DNA of 64,000 nt, from the IMG/VR virus record IMGVR_UViG_3300046779_001841, positions 64,001 to 128,000 of that record; one strand, given 5' to 3'. The stretch is from a virus (Duplodnaviria; Caudoviricetes). The translations under genes and the position numbers were made by a program. Numbering within the stretch: the first letter of the stretch is position 1; every line of letters begins with the position of its first letter. Shown piece by piece: positions 10,838-20,176 of this stretch. The notes under the pieces were generated by a model. That model was not told the DNA's origin and ran no database searches. It saw only the letters and a program-made list of their open reading frames with translations.

Positions 10838-11884
10838 TTAATCTTCTTTAAGATTACCTTGATTTACAATTTTTAAAAACTTATTTTTATTCCAATCTTT
10901 AACATTATTTTGATTTAAAGTGGTCATCGTACACATCTCAGCAAACCATTCGCCAAAACAATTTTTAGCATATCGACTTGGGAAATAGTTATATCCTTTA
11001 AGATATTTTTTATCTGAAAAACCATCTTCACTATCATAAGTTTCAAAACTTTCAGCCTGATTTACACAAGAATGTGCATAATAATTAGGCATTAGATCAC
11101 CATCTTTTAGATTTAGTTTTTTGAACCCTTTAATAGTATTTTTATACTTAGAAACTTTTTTATATAAAATTTTAAGTTCTTTTTTTTGTTTTCTCTTGAG
11201 AGAGTAAAAGAACCTATGTGAAAATTCATGTATTAAGATTGAGATGTCACTAAAACTTTTAGTAACCACTCCAAGTATATCATTATGATAGTAATAAAAT
11301 CCAGTTAGATCCTGCTCCAAATATTCATCATCTTCATTGATTTTTTGTAGATAAACTAATAGACTTTTAGTGCCAAAAGCAACATGAGCATCTAATAAAC
11401 ATTTATCAAAATTTAAGATTTTAGATTGTTTGATCTTATCTATCACATCTAAACATTTTCTTTCAACTTCTAATTTCTCTTGAATAGTACAATAAGATAA
11501 AAATTCAATCTTAAAATATGGTTGCAATGTAGTTTTAATTTGATTTTCCACCACAGCAGACTTCTTAGTAGTTTTTTCTTGAGAAAGATCTAAGACGACT
11601 TGATCTATAAGTTTTAAAAACTTTTTTAAATTGGTTTTCTTTTCTCCAGATTTACCATGACATAAATCATGATCACTAATTTCTAGTAATCTTTTTAAAG
11701 ATTCGGGCTGATTTTTAATTTCAGCACTTTTCTTTAAGATGAGAAACCATAATCCTGCAATTTGATGGTTGGGTAAAGTTTTATTAAAAGATTTGTAGAT
11801 AGAACTTTTAGATCGAACTTTTAAAGTTTGGACAAAACTTTCAAGACGGCTGATAAGACTTAAATTTGAAACTACTTCAGTCAT
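10838..11884 (-). CDS. Zincin-motif putative metallopeptidase, paralog 2
   Basis: IHEFSHRF and YFPSRYAKNCFGEWFAEM; N- and C-terminal parts nearly identical to 9693..10799. Confidence 0.65.
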   Translation of the reverse strand: MTEVVSNLSLISRLESFVQTLKVRSKSSIYKSFNKTLPNHQIAGLWFLILKKSAEIKNQPESLKRLLEISDHDLCHGKSGEKKTNLKKFLKLIDQVVLDLSQEKTTKKSAVVENQIKTTLQPYFKIEFLSYCTIQEKLEVERKCLDVIDKIKQSKILNFDKCLLDAHVAFGTKSLLVYLQKINEDDEYLEQDLTGFYYYHNDILGVVTKSFSDISILIHEFSHRFFYSLKRKQKKELKILYKKVSKYKNTIKGFKKLNLKDGDLMPNYYAHSCVNQAESFETYDSEDGFSDKKYLKGYNYFPSRYAKNCFGEWFAEMCTMTTLNQNNVKDWNKNKFLKIVNQGNLKED

Positions 11885-11919
11885 GATAAGTATCCTTTGT
11901 TGAAGTTACGATACTTATA

Positions 11920-12174
11920 TTAATCTTCAATAAAATATCCTTGTTTCTCTATATCAAGAATAAGTGATGCGAGTTTTAATGGGTCTTTACCTTTAACAAG
12001 TATTTTATCTTCGACTTGTGAAAATTGAACATCTTTAGATCTAAGATATGAAAAAAATTTTTCACCAAATGGTCTGTCCTTTGGATATATTGTAAATGAA
12101 TATTCCCTTTGCATCGTTTTTTCAATCCAAGATTTTACTAAATCTTTCGGAATGATTGTATTTTTCTCAGTCAT
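11920..12174 (-). CDS. Hypothetical protein (probable start MTEKN)
   Basis: ORF track 11920..12198; ATG at 12174 lies next to the upstream stop at 12176. Confidence 0.6.
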   Translation of the reverse strand: MTEKNTIIPKDLVKSWIEKTMQREYSFTIYPKDRPFGEKFFSYLRSKDVQFSQVEDKILVKGKDPLKLASLILDIEKQGYFIED

Positions 12175-12175
12175 T

Positions 12176-12739
12176 TTAATATATCGCTTTATATCCAAAT
12201 TCTTGTTTGTGTGTTCCTCTTAATAATGAGATGTTATCTTTTATATATGAAAGGTTTTCATATATATCTTTCAAATCTGGAATGTGTTTCATTTCATTTA
12301 AAGATTTGATTAAAGTATATCTCACTTTGCCTTGTGTTTCACCAATAAGAGTAGCAACTCTTGATTGACTAGACCATAAATATATATAAACAAGAATAGT
12401 CAAAGTTCTATCTGTATAATATTTAGATAATCGTTCTTCTAGTTCTTCTTTAGTATATTTAGTGATCTTAACCATTTTAGATAAACGATCAATACTTTTT
12501 TGGATGCGATAATGAATATTTGGTTGTGTAAAACCAAATATTTTACCAAGCACTGCTTGTGGAATACCTTTAAGAAAAAGTTCTATAATATCAGCTTCTA
12601 AAGGACTTATTAAATCTAATTGTTCTAAAACAATTTTAAATTTTTCTTCATCTTCTTCAGACATATCTTTTTGTATAGCGATATTATCAAAAAAAGAATC
12701 TTTATCGGAAAAAAGACTTTCCATTAATCGTGGATCCAT
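12176..12739 (-). CDS. Sigma-70 region 4-like HTH protein with a second HTH-like segment
   Basis: LSPLEADIIELFLKGIPQAVLGKIFGFTQPNIHYRIQKSIDRL fits the sigma4 HTH pattern; second segment SQSRVATLIGETQGKVRYTL. Confidence 0.65.
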   Translation of the reverse strand: MDPRLMESLFSDKDSFFDNIAIQKDMSEEDEEKFKIVLEQLDLISPLEADIIELFLKGIPQAVLGKIFGFTQPNIHYRIQKSIDRLSKMVKITKYTKEELEERLSKYYTDRTLTILVYIYLWSSQSRVATLIGETQGKVRYTLIKSLNEMKHIPDLKDIYENLSYIKDNISLLRGTHKQEFGYKAIY

Positions 12740-12743
12740 GTTT

Positions 12744-13382
12744 TTACTCCAAACAGAAATTGTCTAATAAAGTTAAGATTTCGATAGATCGCATCTTGAT
12801 CATCACTATGTAATATTGAACTTCTTCATTAAGCTGTGTTCCTTTTTTACTCTTGGTTGTTCTGCAACCATTTTCAATCCATTTGCGAACCATAGCTTTT
12901 CTTAATTCTATTATATCTGGTTTTTCGTATGGAAACCAATCATCATCATTTGTGTTTAAGATGTCTATGATTTCACATTCCATGCCATTAAAATCACCAT
13001 CTTTTATTTTTACGATATTTCCAATTTTAAATTTGCCACCTTTATCACTGGCTTTTTTAACCATTGCTTTCAAATCACTATCTAGGATAACACCACTACC
13101 CGTTAATCCAGATCTTTCATCATATTCACTGACTATTCTCAAAACATATTGTGTTCTAGTCAATGAATAGTAATTATTAAAAGGATAACAATTTTTTATA
13201 AATATGTAACCTTCTAAAAGATTTGTTGAACACTCACCAGTCTTTATGATAGGAATAAAAACATCTGTTGGTTTAAATCTATTATTTCTACAGACAATAG
13301 AAAGAAGATTGCCATGTCTAGCTTCATCTTCACCTTTTTCTGTAAGTTCTAAGATAACCCAATTTTCTTCTTTTAATGCCAT
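12744..13382 (-). CDS. nusG: NusG/RfaH-like transcription elongation or antitermination factor
   Basis: NGN-like N-terminus (NWVILEL...LLEGYIFIK) and KOW motif FKIGNIVKIKDGDFNGMECEIIDI. Confidence 0.75.
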   Translation of the reverse strand: MALKEENWVILELTEKGEDEARHGNLLSIVCRNNRFKPTDVFIPIIKTGECSTNLLEGYIFIKNCYPFNNYYSLTRTQYVLRIVSEYDERSGLTGSGVILDSDLKAMVKKASDKGGKFKIGNIVKIKDGDFNGMECEIIDILNTNDDDWFPYEKPDIIELRKAMVRKWIENGCRTTKSKKGTQLNEEVQYYIVMIKMRSIEILTLLDNFCLE

Positions 13383-13399
13383 ATATATACCTATGGTGT

Positions 13400-14560
13400 T
13401 TATTTGTTTTTCATTTTATCCTTTACTATACTAAAAAACATCGGTAAGTTTAGCGATTCTTTCTTTTTTTCATCAATATTATTTTTTTCTTCTTGCATGA
13501 CAATATTCTTAAAGCCTATCTTCCATTTCATCACATCACAAATTAACATAGCATTTGTCGGTCTAATTGGCTTGGATGCGAGTTCATCAGCTAATTGCAA
13601 CAAATTATTCCCATTTTTTAACCATGCTTCTTTTAAAATCTCTGTATTCCAGTATGGAGGTATGTTCGTCAAACCAAGTCCAATATTTAATGCTAACATA
13701 CTTGCTTCTATTAAACGATCATAAGCAACACCTACTGGTGTTGTTTCTAAAATCTTAGAAAGTAGTTCACTTGCTTGTCTGGCATCTGCATTTAAAACAT
13801 TTGCCAACAAGTCATTTCTATCTATGTGTAAATAAGACCTTACTGATTTCATATCTATATGTTTATTAAATCCAGATGAAATACCTTCCACTGCTTTCAA
13901 GGCATCTCTAATATGATATTCAGTAATATTCGCTATCAATTTCAATGCTTGATAATCATAAGTAATACTTTCTTTTTCACAAACATGAACAAGACGGTTT
14001 GCAATTTGATCATCAGATGCAGGTTTAATAATAAAAGACATTGCCCTAGATAAAATGGTTTGTCTTAGCTTTTGAATTTCAGTAGTGCAAAAAATACAAA
14101 CAAGTTTCTTTTCTAAACTATTTGGTCTATTATCTTCTAAAGACTTTAATAACAAATCTAAAGATTGTGTAGATAAAGCGTGTGCTTCATCAAAACAATA
14201 TAATCTTCTTCTACCACTAAAAGTAGTGTAGTCGATTTCTTCTAAAACTTTCTTTAAATCTTCTTTACCACTATTCGTTGCACTATCTACTTCGATATAA
14301 GAATCGGATGTACCTTCAAGCATAGAAATACAAGAATAGCATTTATCACAGGCTTCTCCATTAACAGGTGCTTCACAAAGCAATGCTCTAGCAAGTATTC
14401 TTGCAGTGGTTGTTTTACCTGTACCATAACCACCACTAAAAACATAACTAGAAGTCCATCCTTTGCCATTAGAAACAACACCTTTTAAAACTTGAACAAT
14501 AGGTTCTTGACCAATCAAGTCTTGATATGTTCTTGGTCTGTATTTAGTATCAAAAGACAT
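13400..14560 (-). CDS. dnaX: DNA polymerase III gamma/tau-like clamp loader ATPase
   Basis: KYRPRTY.DLIGQE, Walker A GGYGTGKTT, Zn motif LLCE..CDKCYSC, DEAH, LLKSLE. Start reassigned to MSFDTKYRP (AAGGA SD). Confidence 0.9.
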   Translation of the reverse strand: MSFDTKYRPRTYQDLIGQEPIVQVLKGVVSNGKGWTSSYVFSGGYGTGKTTTARILARALLCEAPVNGEACDKCYSCISMLEGTSDSYIEVDSATNSGKEDLKKVLEEIDYTTFSGRRRLYCFDEAHALSTQSLDLLLKSLEDNRPNSLEKKLVCIFCTTEIQKLRQTILSRAMSFIIKPASDDQIANRLVHVCEKESITYDYQALKLIANITEYHIRDALKAVEGISSGFNKHIDMKSVRSYLHIDRNDLLANVLNADARQASELLSKILETTPVGVAYDRLIEASMLALNIGLGLTNIPPYWNTEILKEAWLKNGNNLLQLADELASKPIRPTNAMLICDVMKWKIGFKNIVMQEEKNNIDEKKKESLNLPMFFSIVKDKMKNK

Positions 14561-14561
14561 C

Positions 14562-14804
14562 TTATCTTTTTCCTTGAAAGATAAATTGACGAGTTGCACG
14601 CATTAATGCAAAACAAATAAAGAAAAACATAGCAGTTGGAAATTCTTTGATCATTGCGAACAAGATCAGAAAAATACAAAAAGCAAATATTCCAAAATAC
14701 AACAAACTCTTATCTAAGTCTTTTAATAGTTGCTCTTTGTTATTGTATGTATTCAACAAGAGGAATACTAAATATAAAATGATGTCTACATGAAATAAAG
14801 TCAT
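14562..14804 (-). CDS. Small membrane protein
   Basis: Two to three hydrophobic segments in 80 aa. Confidence 0.55.
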   Translation of the reverse strand: MTLFHVDIILYLVFLLLNTYNNKEQLLKDLDKSLLYFGIFAFCIFLILFAMIKEFPTAMFFFICFALMRATRQFIFQGKR

Positions 14805-14878
14805 GGTTAGCTATCCTTTAAAGGTGTTTTGTTTAAGAATACAAGACTTATATTATTCTTTAAAATATTTCAATCTTG

Positions 14879-14909
14879 TTGCAAAGATTGCTTAATCACA
14901 AGTGTTATA
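14879..14909 (+). promoter_or_regulatory. Repeated early-promoter-like element (core only)
   Basis: TTGCAA-N15-AAGTGTTATA upstream of 14948. Confidence 0.75.
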
Positions 14910-14947
14910 TATATGTAAGAAATGAACTTCAAACAAAGGAAAAACAA

Positions 14948-15244
14948 ATGATTGCTTATGTAAATGATGATTATGTAGATAACTTGATTGATAGACTTTC
15001 AAATGGTCTTAATGCAAATTCTGTTGAATTTGATGATGAGTATTTTACTTGTCATGTGACTTTTGAAAATCATGTTTTGACAATTAGATTTAATGAACCC
15101 ACTGATCATAGTGGTGTTTCTCAAAAAACAGAATTTTATTTAAACAATAAATTCTTAATACAAGGTATCATCAATCCTTGTGATTTACAAGATGCAAACA
15201 ATGATGCCTATGAAGCATTAAGAGAAGTTAGATTTAGTCTTTAA
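14948..15244 (+). CDS. Hypothetical protein (start MIAYV)
   Basis: AAAGGA SD before ATG 14948, downstream of the promoter element. Confidence 0.7.
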   Translation: MIAYVNDDYVDNLIDRLSNGLNANSVEFDDEYFTCHVTFENHVLTIRFNEPTDHSGVSQKTEFYLNNKFLIQGIINPCDLQDANNDAYEALREVRFSL

Positions 15245-15381
15245 AAAAGACAAGATAACAAGTTGTATAAAGACAAATTGCTACGATTGGATAATTCCAA
15301 AGTAACCAGCCAAGAACATAAAGAATAACACTACAAAATGCTAATAAGAAAAGAAAAAATAAGTTTCTTTCAGAAAACATT

Positions 15382-15705
15382 TTATCTGTTATCACCATTG
15401 CCTTGAATTACACCACGATTTAATCTGTCCAGCAACTTGTTCATATTGTAGGTTGCAATTTCTTCAAGATCAATTCCTAATTCATCTGATAGTCTTGCAA
15501 CATACCAAAGCACATCACCAATTTCTGCTTTCATATCTGCCTTGAACGCATCATCCACTGGTCGATTGTCACGAATAACTTTCTTAACCTTGTTCGCAAT
15601 TTCTCCAGCTTCACCTACTAAACCAAGTGTGCAATAATTCATTCCTTGTTCTTTAGGATATTTTGCAGTCAATGCGGTTTGTTGTTGATATTCTTTAAAG
15701 TTCAT
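15382..15705 (-). CDS. mazG: MazG-like nucleotide pyrophosphohydrolase
   Basis: LGLVGEAGEIANKVKK and EIGDVLWY; RGVIQGNGDNR tail typical of short phage MazG-like proteins. Confidence 0.85.
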   Translation of the reverse strand: MNFKEYQQQTALTAKYPKEQGMNYCTLGLVGEAGEIANKVKKVIRDNRPVDDAFKADMKAEIGDVLWYVARLSDELGIDLEEIATYNMNKLLDRLNRGVIQGNGDNR

Positions 15706-15787
15706 CTTTAAAACTCCATTTGTGAAAAAAACTTCGTAAACTTAATACAAGAAACTTATAAGTTTCTTGCAACAGAAAGGCAAAAAA

Positions 15788-16102
15788 ATGCAAAATATTT
15801 TAGATCTATTAGAAACCAATAACTTTAATGTTTCTATCCAAGATAATTCTATCTATTCCACTTCATCCAGATCTTTACTTGAAGATAGTATTTCTTTCCA
15901 AATTAATACACTCTCTGATGGTAAACTCTATGTCACAAAAATTTATCATTTGAAACATGATGATAATCTCTTCTTAGGTAATACTCTTTGCCATATTGAA
16001 GATGCTATACTAGAACCACAAGACTTGATCCAATTTTTAAATTCAGATTTTAAAAAAGATGGTTTCTTCATTGATCAATTTAATTACCATCTCACTTACT
16101 AA
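15788..16102 (+). CDS. Hypothetical protein
   Basis: ORF with AAAGG SD before ATG 15788. Confidence 0.6.
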   Translation: MQNILDLLETNNFNVSIQDNSIYSTSSRSLLEDSISFQINTLSDGKLYVTKIYHLKHDDNLFLGNTLCHIEDAILEPQDLIQFLNSDFKKDGFFIDQFNYHLTY

Positions 16103-16712
16103 TAATCTTATCTACCAATCCATTCTTCAAACATTCCGAACTGGATAACCAAATATCTCTTTTTAAAATCTTCTTAATATCTTTCTTTTTCATCTTAGAA
16201 TACTTTACATAAAAATCACTTAACACATTCATAAGTGTATGCAAGTTTTCTGTTTCATCTTTAATCTGTTCAAAATTACCTGTTGTCCAACCACTCACTT
16301 GATGAATAAGCATAAAAGACAAATCTGTAATAAATCTTTTCTTTCCAACCATGCTTAATAAAGTACCTGCACTCGCAACACCACCTTCAACATAAGTATA
16401 TACAGGCACTTTGCAATTAGCTATTGCAGATGCACCAGCTAATCCACTATATACATCACCACCATAAGAATGAATATGTAAATGAACAGGTGGTGGTTCT
16501 TCTAAATCATATTCGATTTGGATTTCTCTACTAAGTAGAGAAGCAGATTGCAAACTTAGGTTCAAATCTTGAATACTTTTTTGATCTACATTAGTGTAAT
16601 AATAGATATGTAAATGCTTATGTGTTATTGAACTAAAATTTGATTCGCTATTTGTAGCATAAGGTATCAAAACACGATCTTTGGATTTCTTGTTTTCAAA
16701 ATTCATTATCAT
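16092..16712 (-). CDS. clpP: ClpP-like serine protease (S14)
   Basis: IHSYGGDV, VASAGT (Ser), MLIHQ (His), RDIWLS (Asp), GLVDKII. Confidence 0.85.
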   Translation of the reverse strand: MIMNFENKKSKDRVLIPYATNSESNFSSITHKHLHIYYYTNVDQKSIQDLNLSLQSASLLSREIQIEYDLEEPPPVHLHIHSYGGDVYSGLAGASAIANCKVPVYTYVEGGVASAGTLLSMVGKKRFITDLSFMLIHQVSGWTTGNFEQIKDETENLHTLMNVLSDFYVKYSKMKKKDIKKILKRDIWLSSSECLKNGLVDKIISK

Positions 16713-16739
16713 ATCCTTTTGATGATAAAAGTTTGATTA

Positions 16740-17048
16740 TTATACAAGACATTCCGATAAAGATAAGTATGTTTTATTTTCACAAATGAAAAGACAAGAT
16801 TCGACCATATAATTAAGATATTCGGTATCTATCTTAAAATCTTCTATCTTAATGACTTTTATAACATCCAAGATACTTGGATGTCTTGCTTTAATAACAA
16901 TATGGATTTTTTTAGATGATCGCTTTTCCATATAGCTTGCCATAATGTCTATGCACAAATCCTGTACAGATATATAAGAAGTAAGTCTATGGCTTTTTAA
17001 AATAGCATTTACTTGTGCTTGAATATAAAGGTCTTCTAATGATTTCAT
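16740..17048 (-). CDS. Hypothetical protein
   Basis: ORF only. Confidence 0.55.
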   Translation of the reverse strand: MKSLEDLYIQAQVNAILKSHRLTSYISVQDLCIDIMASYMEKRSSKKIHIVIKARHPSILDVIKVIKIEDFKIDTEYLNYMVESCLFICENKTYLSLSECLV

Positions 17049-17106
17049 CTGTGTTCCTATTGTTTTTTTATTTATATAATCTTAATACAAATAAAGGAGC
17101 ATTGAA

Positions 17107-17700
17107 ATGAAATATAACAATCCAAGAGATTATGTAGATTATATCACAGGTCATTTCTTAAACAGTCTTGATTACAATGTAGAACGGATAGAATCCCTTA
17201 TTGAGAAACAAAGTGAGAAATGGCTACATTGGAATCAGAATGTAGTAGGCATTAAAGATCCTGTTGTATTACCTGAAGAGCAATATCAAGTGATGAAAGG
17301 TTTCTTTAATAGGGTTGGCAAAGAGTTTGCACGATTAGATAAAATGATGAGTACAACCTTAAAGCTACTTTTAGAGATTGATATTGAAGAATACACAGAA
17401 GATTTAATTTTAGTAAAGACAGCACGGATTAAGAAAGCATTTCAAGAGAATGGCTGGCATTATGGTCGTACCTTATGGACGAATTTAAAGGCTTTGCTAG
17501 ATTTATTAAAATTGCATTTGGCAAAGCTAAGGTCTAAATATAATGAGATTATAGATGATGCAGTAGATAAGAGTTTAGTTTTAGAATGGCAACTTGCATT
17601 AAAAACACATTGTCAATCTATGCAAGGCTTGATTAAGAATGTTTTATTTACATTAGATAGTAGATTAGAAGAAGTCATCAAAGAGTTTAAAGATTTTTAA
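17107..17700 (+). CDS. Hypothetical protein
   Basis: 197 aa ORF with GGAG SD. Confidence 0.7.
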   Translation: MKYNNPRDYVDYITGHFLNSLDYNVERIESLIEKQSEKWLHWNQNVVGIKDPVVLPEEQYQVMKGFFNRVGKEFARLDKMMSTTLKLLLEIDIEEYTEDLILVKTARIKKAFQENGWHYGRTLWTNLKALLDLLKLHLAKLRSKYNEIIDDAVDKSLVLEWQLALKTHCQSMQGLIKNVLFTLDSRLEEVIKEFKDF

Positions 17701-17757
17701 TATTTTATTTATATCTACTTTCTTTAATATTAATCTCTTAAAAGAAGGATAAACATT

Positions 17758-18138
17758 ATGTTTAATCATTTAGAAAGTCGTTTAAATCGTCTTCGTAAGG
17801 CATCTCACCTTGATGCTCAAATCTCTAAATTCTCATCTGTGCAAAAACCCGGGACTGAAAAGCAATTCGCTGAGTGGTGTGTCTATGTTTTTGAGGCTGT
17901 TGGAAAGTGTAAAATCGAAGATTTTAAAATGGTGGGTGACGATGCTTTTACTTTTGAAGGTACAGATAAAAAAGGATTAGTCTTTAATGCAGGATTAGTT
18001 TATCATGGTCTTACTTTTGAATGGACTGTTAATGTAGGTAAGAGTAGTTATTCCGATAAACAAACTTTAAAAAGTCTTTTTAGTATGGCTCAAATCCCAA
18101 TGGAAATGGTTCGTCCAATTCAAATGGGGAAATTTTAG
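17758..18138 (+). CDS. Hypothetical protein
   Basis: 126 aa ORF with AAGGA SD; basic amphipathic N-terminus LESRLNRLRKAS. Confidence 0.7.
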   Translation: MFNHLESRLNRLRKASHLDAQISKFSSVQKPGTEKQFAEWCVYVFEAVGKCKIEDFKMVGDDAFTFEGTDKKGLVFNAGLVYHGLTFEWTVNVGKSSYSDKQTLKSLFSMAQIPMEMVRPIQMGKF

Positions 18139-18157
18139 ACAATCTCTTTTCCAATAT

Positions 18158-19387
18158 TTAAAATACTCTTTTAAATATACCTTCTACATCTATATGCTGT
18201 TCTACATCACTTAGACCTAATACATCTGATAACTTTCTATTTTCTTTATATGCCTCAAAACTTGCTGATTGCACAAGCTGATAAGCATAATCTCTTGAAT
18301 ATCCTTGATCTACATATCTTGTTAAGATCGTCTGTGATAAATATAAATCATTCGCCTCTTCTATATTTGCCAGCATCCTAGCTTTATCTACTTCAATATT
18401 TAAAATCATCTCATTCAATCTCTTTAAAGCATAATCACATAAGCCTGTTGCATCTTCACTTATTACTCTCTCTACACTAGAATGAGATATATCTCTTTCA
18501 TGCCATAGAACTACATTCTCAAGAGCAGGTATTGTATATCCTCTTAATAGTCTTGCAATACCTGTTAAGTTTTCTGCACTAATAGGATTTCTTTTATGTG
18601 GCATTGCACTAGATCCTTTTTGACCTTTGCTAAATCCTTCAAACACTTCACCAACAGATGATTGATGTAAATTTCTAACCATGACTGCTATTCGTTCAAT
18701 AGAAGAACCCATTAAACCAATAATACTAAAAAATAAGCCATGTCTATCTCTTGGAATGATTTGAGTAGAAACAGGTTCTATTTTTAAATGAAATTTATCA
18801 GCAAGATGTTTTTCTACTTCGATAGGCACGATACTATAATTACCAACAGGACCCGATATTTGTAGAAAAGAGATTTCATCTATTGCTTGGATAAGTCTTT
18901 CTTTATTTCTTAACCATTCGGAATAGAAAGATAAAAGGACTAGACCAAAAGTAGTTTTTTCTGCATACATACCATGAGAGCGACCCATCATATAAGTGTA
19001 TTTATGTTCGAGTGCTTTGTCTTTAAGAGTTAAAAGAAGAGTATCTATTCTGGAAAGAATTTGGTTGCCAGCATTTCTTAATTGGATGGCAAAAGCAGTA
19101 TCTAAGACATCCGAACTTGTAAGACCACGATGTAGATATTTTTTAAGATTTTCAGTGGTGGAGAGAGATGCAAGGAAAGCCATAAATTCATGTTTAAGAG
19201 TGATTTCAAAAGATTTGATAGCATCTGGATTGATATTGAGATCAAGTTCATCAGCAGTACCTATAGGAATAATGCCAAGAGATTCGTATGCTTTACAGAC
19301 TTCAAATTCAATATCAAGCCAAAGATTAAATTTAGAAGTATCAGACCATATAGAAAGCATTTCATTAGTTTGGTATCTTGAAATCAT
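18158..19387 (-). CDS. purB: Adenylosuccinate lyase
   Basis: Signature GSSAMPHKRNPI; HRGLTSSDVLDT; GRSHG..AE.TTFG; LWHERDISHSSVER. Confidence 0.93.
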   Translation of the reverse strand: MISRYQTNEMLSIWSDTSKFNLWLDIEFEVCKAYESLGIIPIGTADELDLNINPDAIKSFEITLKHEFMAFLASLSTTENLKKYLHRGLTSSDVLDTAFAIQLRNAGNQILSRIDTLLLTLKDKALEHKYTYMMGRSHGMYAEKTTFGLVLLSFYSEWLRNKERLIQAIDEISFLQISGPVGNYSIVPIEVEKHLADKFHLKIEPVSTQIIPRDRHGLFFSIIGLMGSSIERIAVMVRNLHQSSVGEVFEGFSKGQKGSSAMPHKRNPISAENLTGIARLLRGYTIPALENVVLWHERDISHSSVERVISEDATGLCDYALKRLNEMILNIEVDKARMLANIEEANDLYLSQTILTRYVDQGYSRDYAYQLVQSASFEAYKENRKLSDVLGLSDVEQHIDVEGIFKRVF

Positions 19388-19502
19388 GTGTTATCCTTTA
19401 AAAAATAAATAATGCGAATTATACAAGTTTTTTGTTTGACACCTCAATTAAGTTTGAATAATGAATATGATGTTTTTTTACTCTTTCAAAAGGAAAAATA
19501 AA

Positions 19503-19736
19503 ATGGATAACGATGTTCAAAAAATGGTTGAGATCCAACAAGCTAAATCTCAGTGTTTGTTTTTTGGTATTCTTTCTTTAATCTCTTGGATTTTCCCAAT
19601 CGCTGGTTTTATGAATGCAGTTGTTGGTATTAAGTATTCTGTTAAAGCAGATAACACTTTCACTTTGGTTTTAAATATTATTGGTCTAGTGCTTACGATT
19701 GGAAATTCTGTTGCTGGTGCAATGATGAATATGTAA
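19503..19736 (+). CDS. Small two-TM membrane protein
   Basis: AAAGGA SD before ATG 19503; two hydrophobic helices. Confidence 0.65.
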   Translation: MDNDVQKMVEIQQAKSQCLFFGILSLISWIFPIAGFMNAVVGIKYSVKADNTFTLVLNIIGLVLTIGNSVAGAMMNM

Positions 19737-20123
19737 TTAAATCATAACAGGCAATGGACTGCCACTCCATGCTTCAAGTACTTTATTGCCAATTAAAATT
19801 TCTGATTTAAAATCAGGATCGTCAGATTCTTGAATAATACCTTTGATCGCAGAACCTGCAGATGAATGTAAATCAGGTACAACATATCTAATATTGGTTA
19901 TATTTTTTCTTCTAATCTTAGGTTCGATATTTGAATCGATTTGTTCTAATGGTTGTACAATCACAGTATGGTTTTCTAAATCTACATTTAAGACTTTATA
20001 GAATGTAAATTTAAAAGCACCAAGTTCACCGAAAACATAAATGTCATTCTTAGCAATATCTGTAATATGGTTTGCACTCTTGAGATTTGATAATCTCTTT
20101 TTTAAAGAAGCAAGTTTGTTCAT
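19737..20123 (-). CDS. Hypothetical protein (start MNKLAS)
   Basis: AAGGA SD before ATG 20123. Confidence 0.65.
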   Translation of the reverse strand: MNKLASLKKRLSNLKSANHITDIAKNDIYVFGELGAFKFTFYKVLNVDLENHTVIVQPLEQIDSNIEPKIRRKNITNIRYVVPDLHSSAGSAIKGIIQESDDPDFKSEILIGNKVLEAWSGSPLPVMI

Positions 20124-20176
20124 TTGAATATCCTTTGTGCTGTTTATAACCATCACAAAAGAATATAAATAGAATA

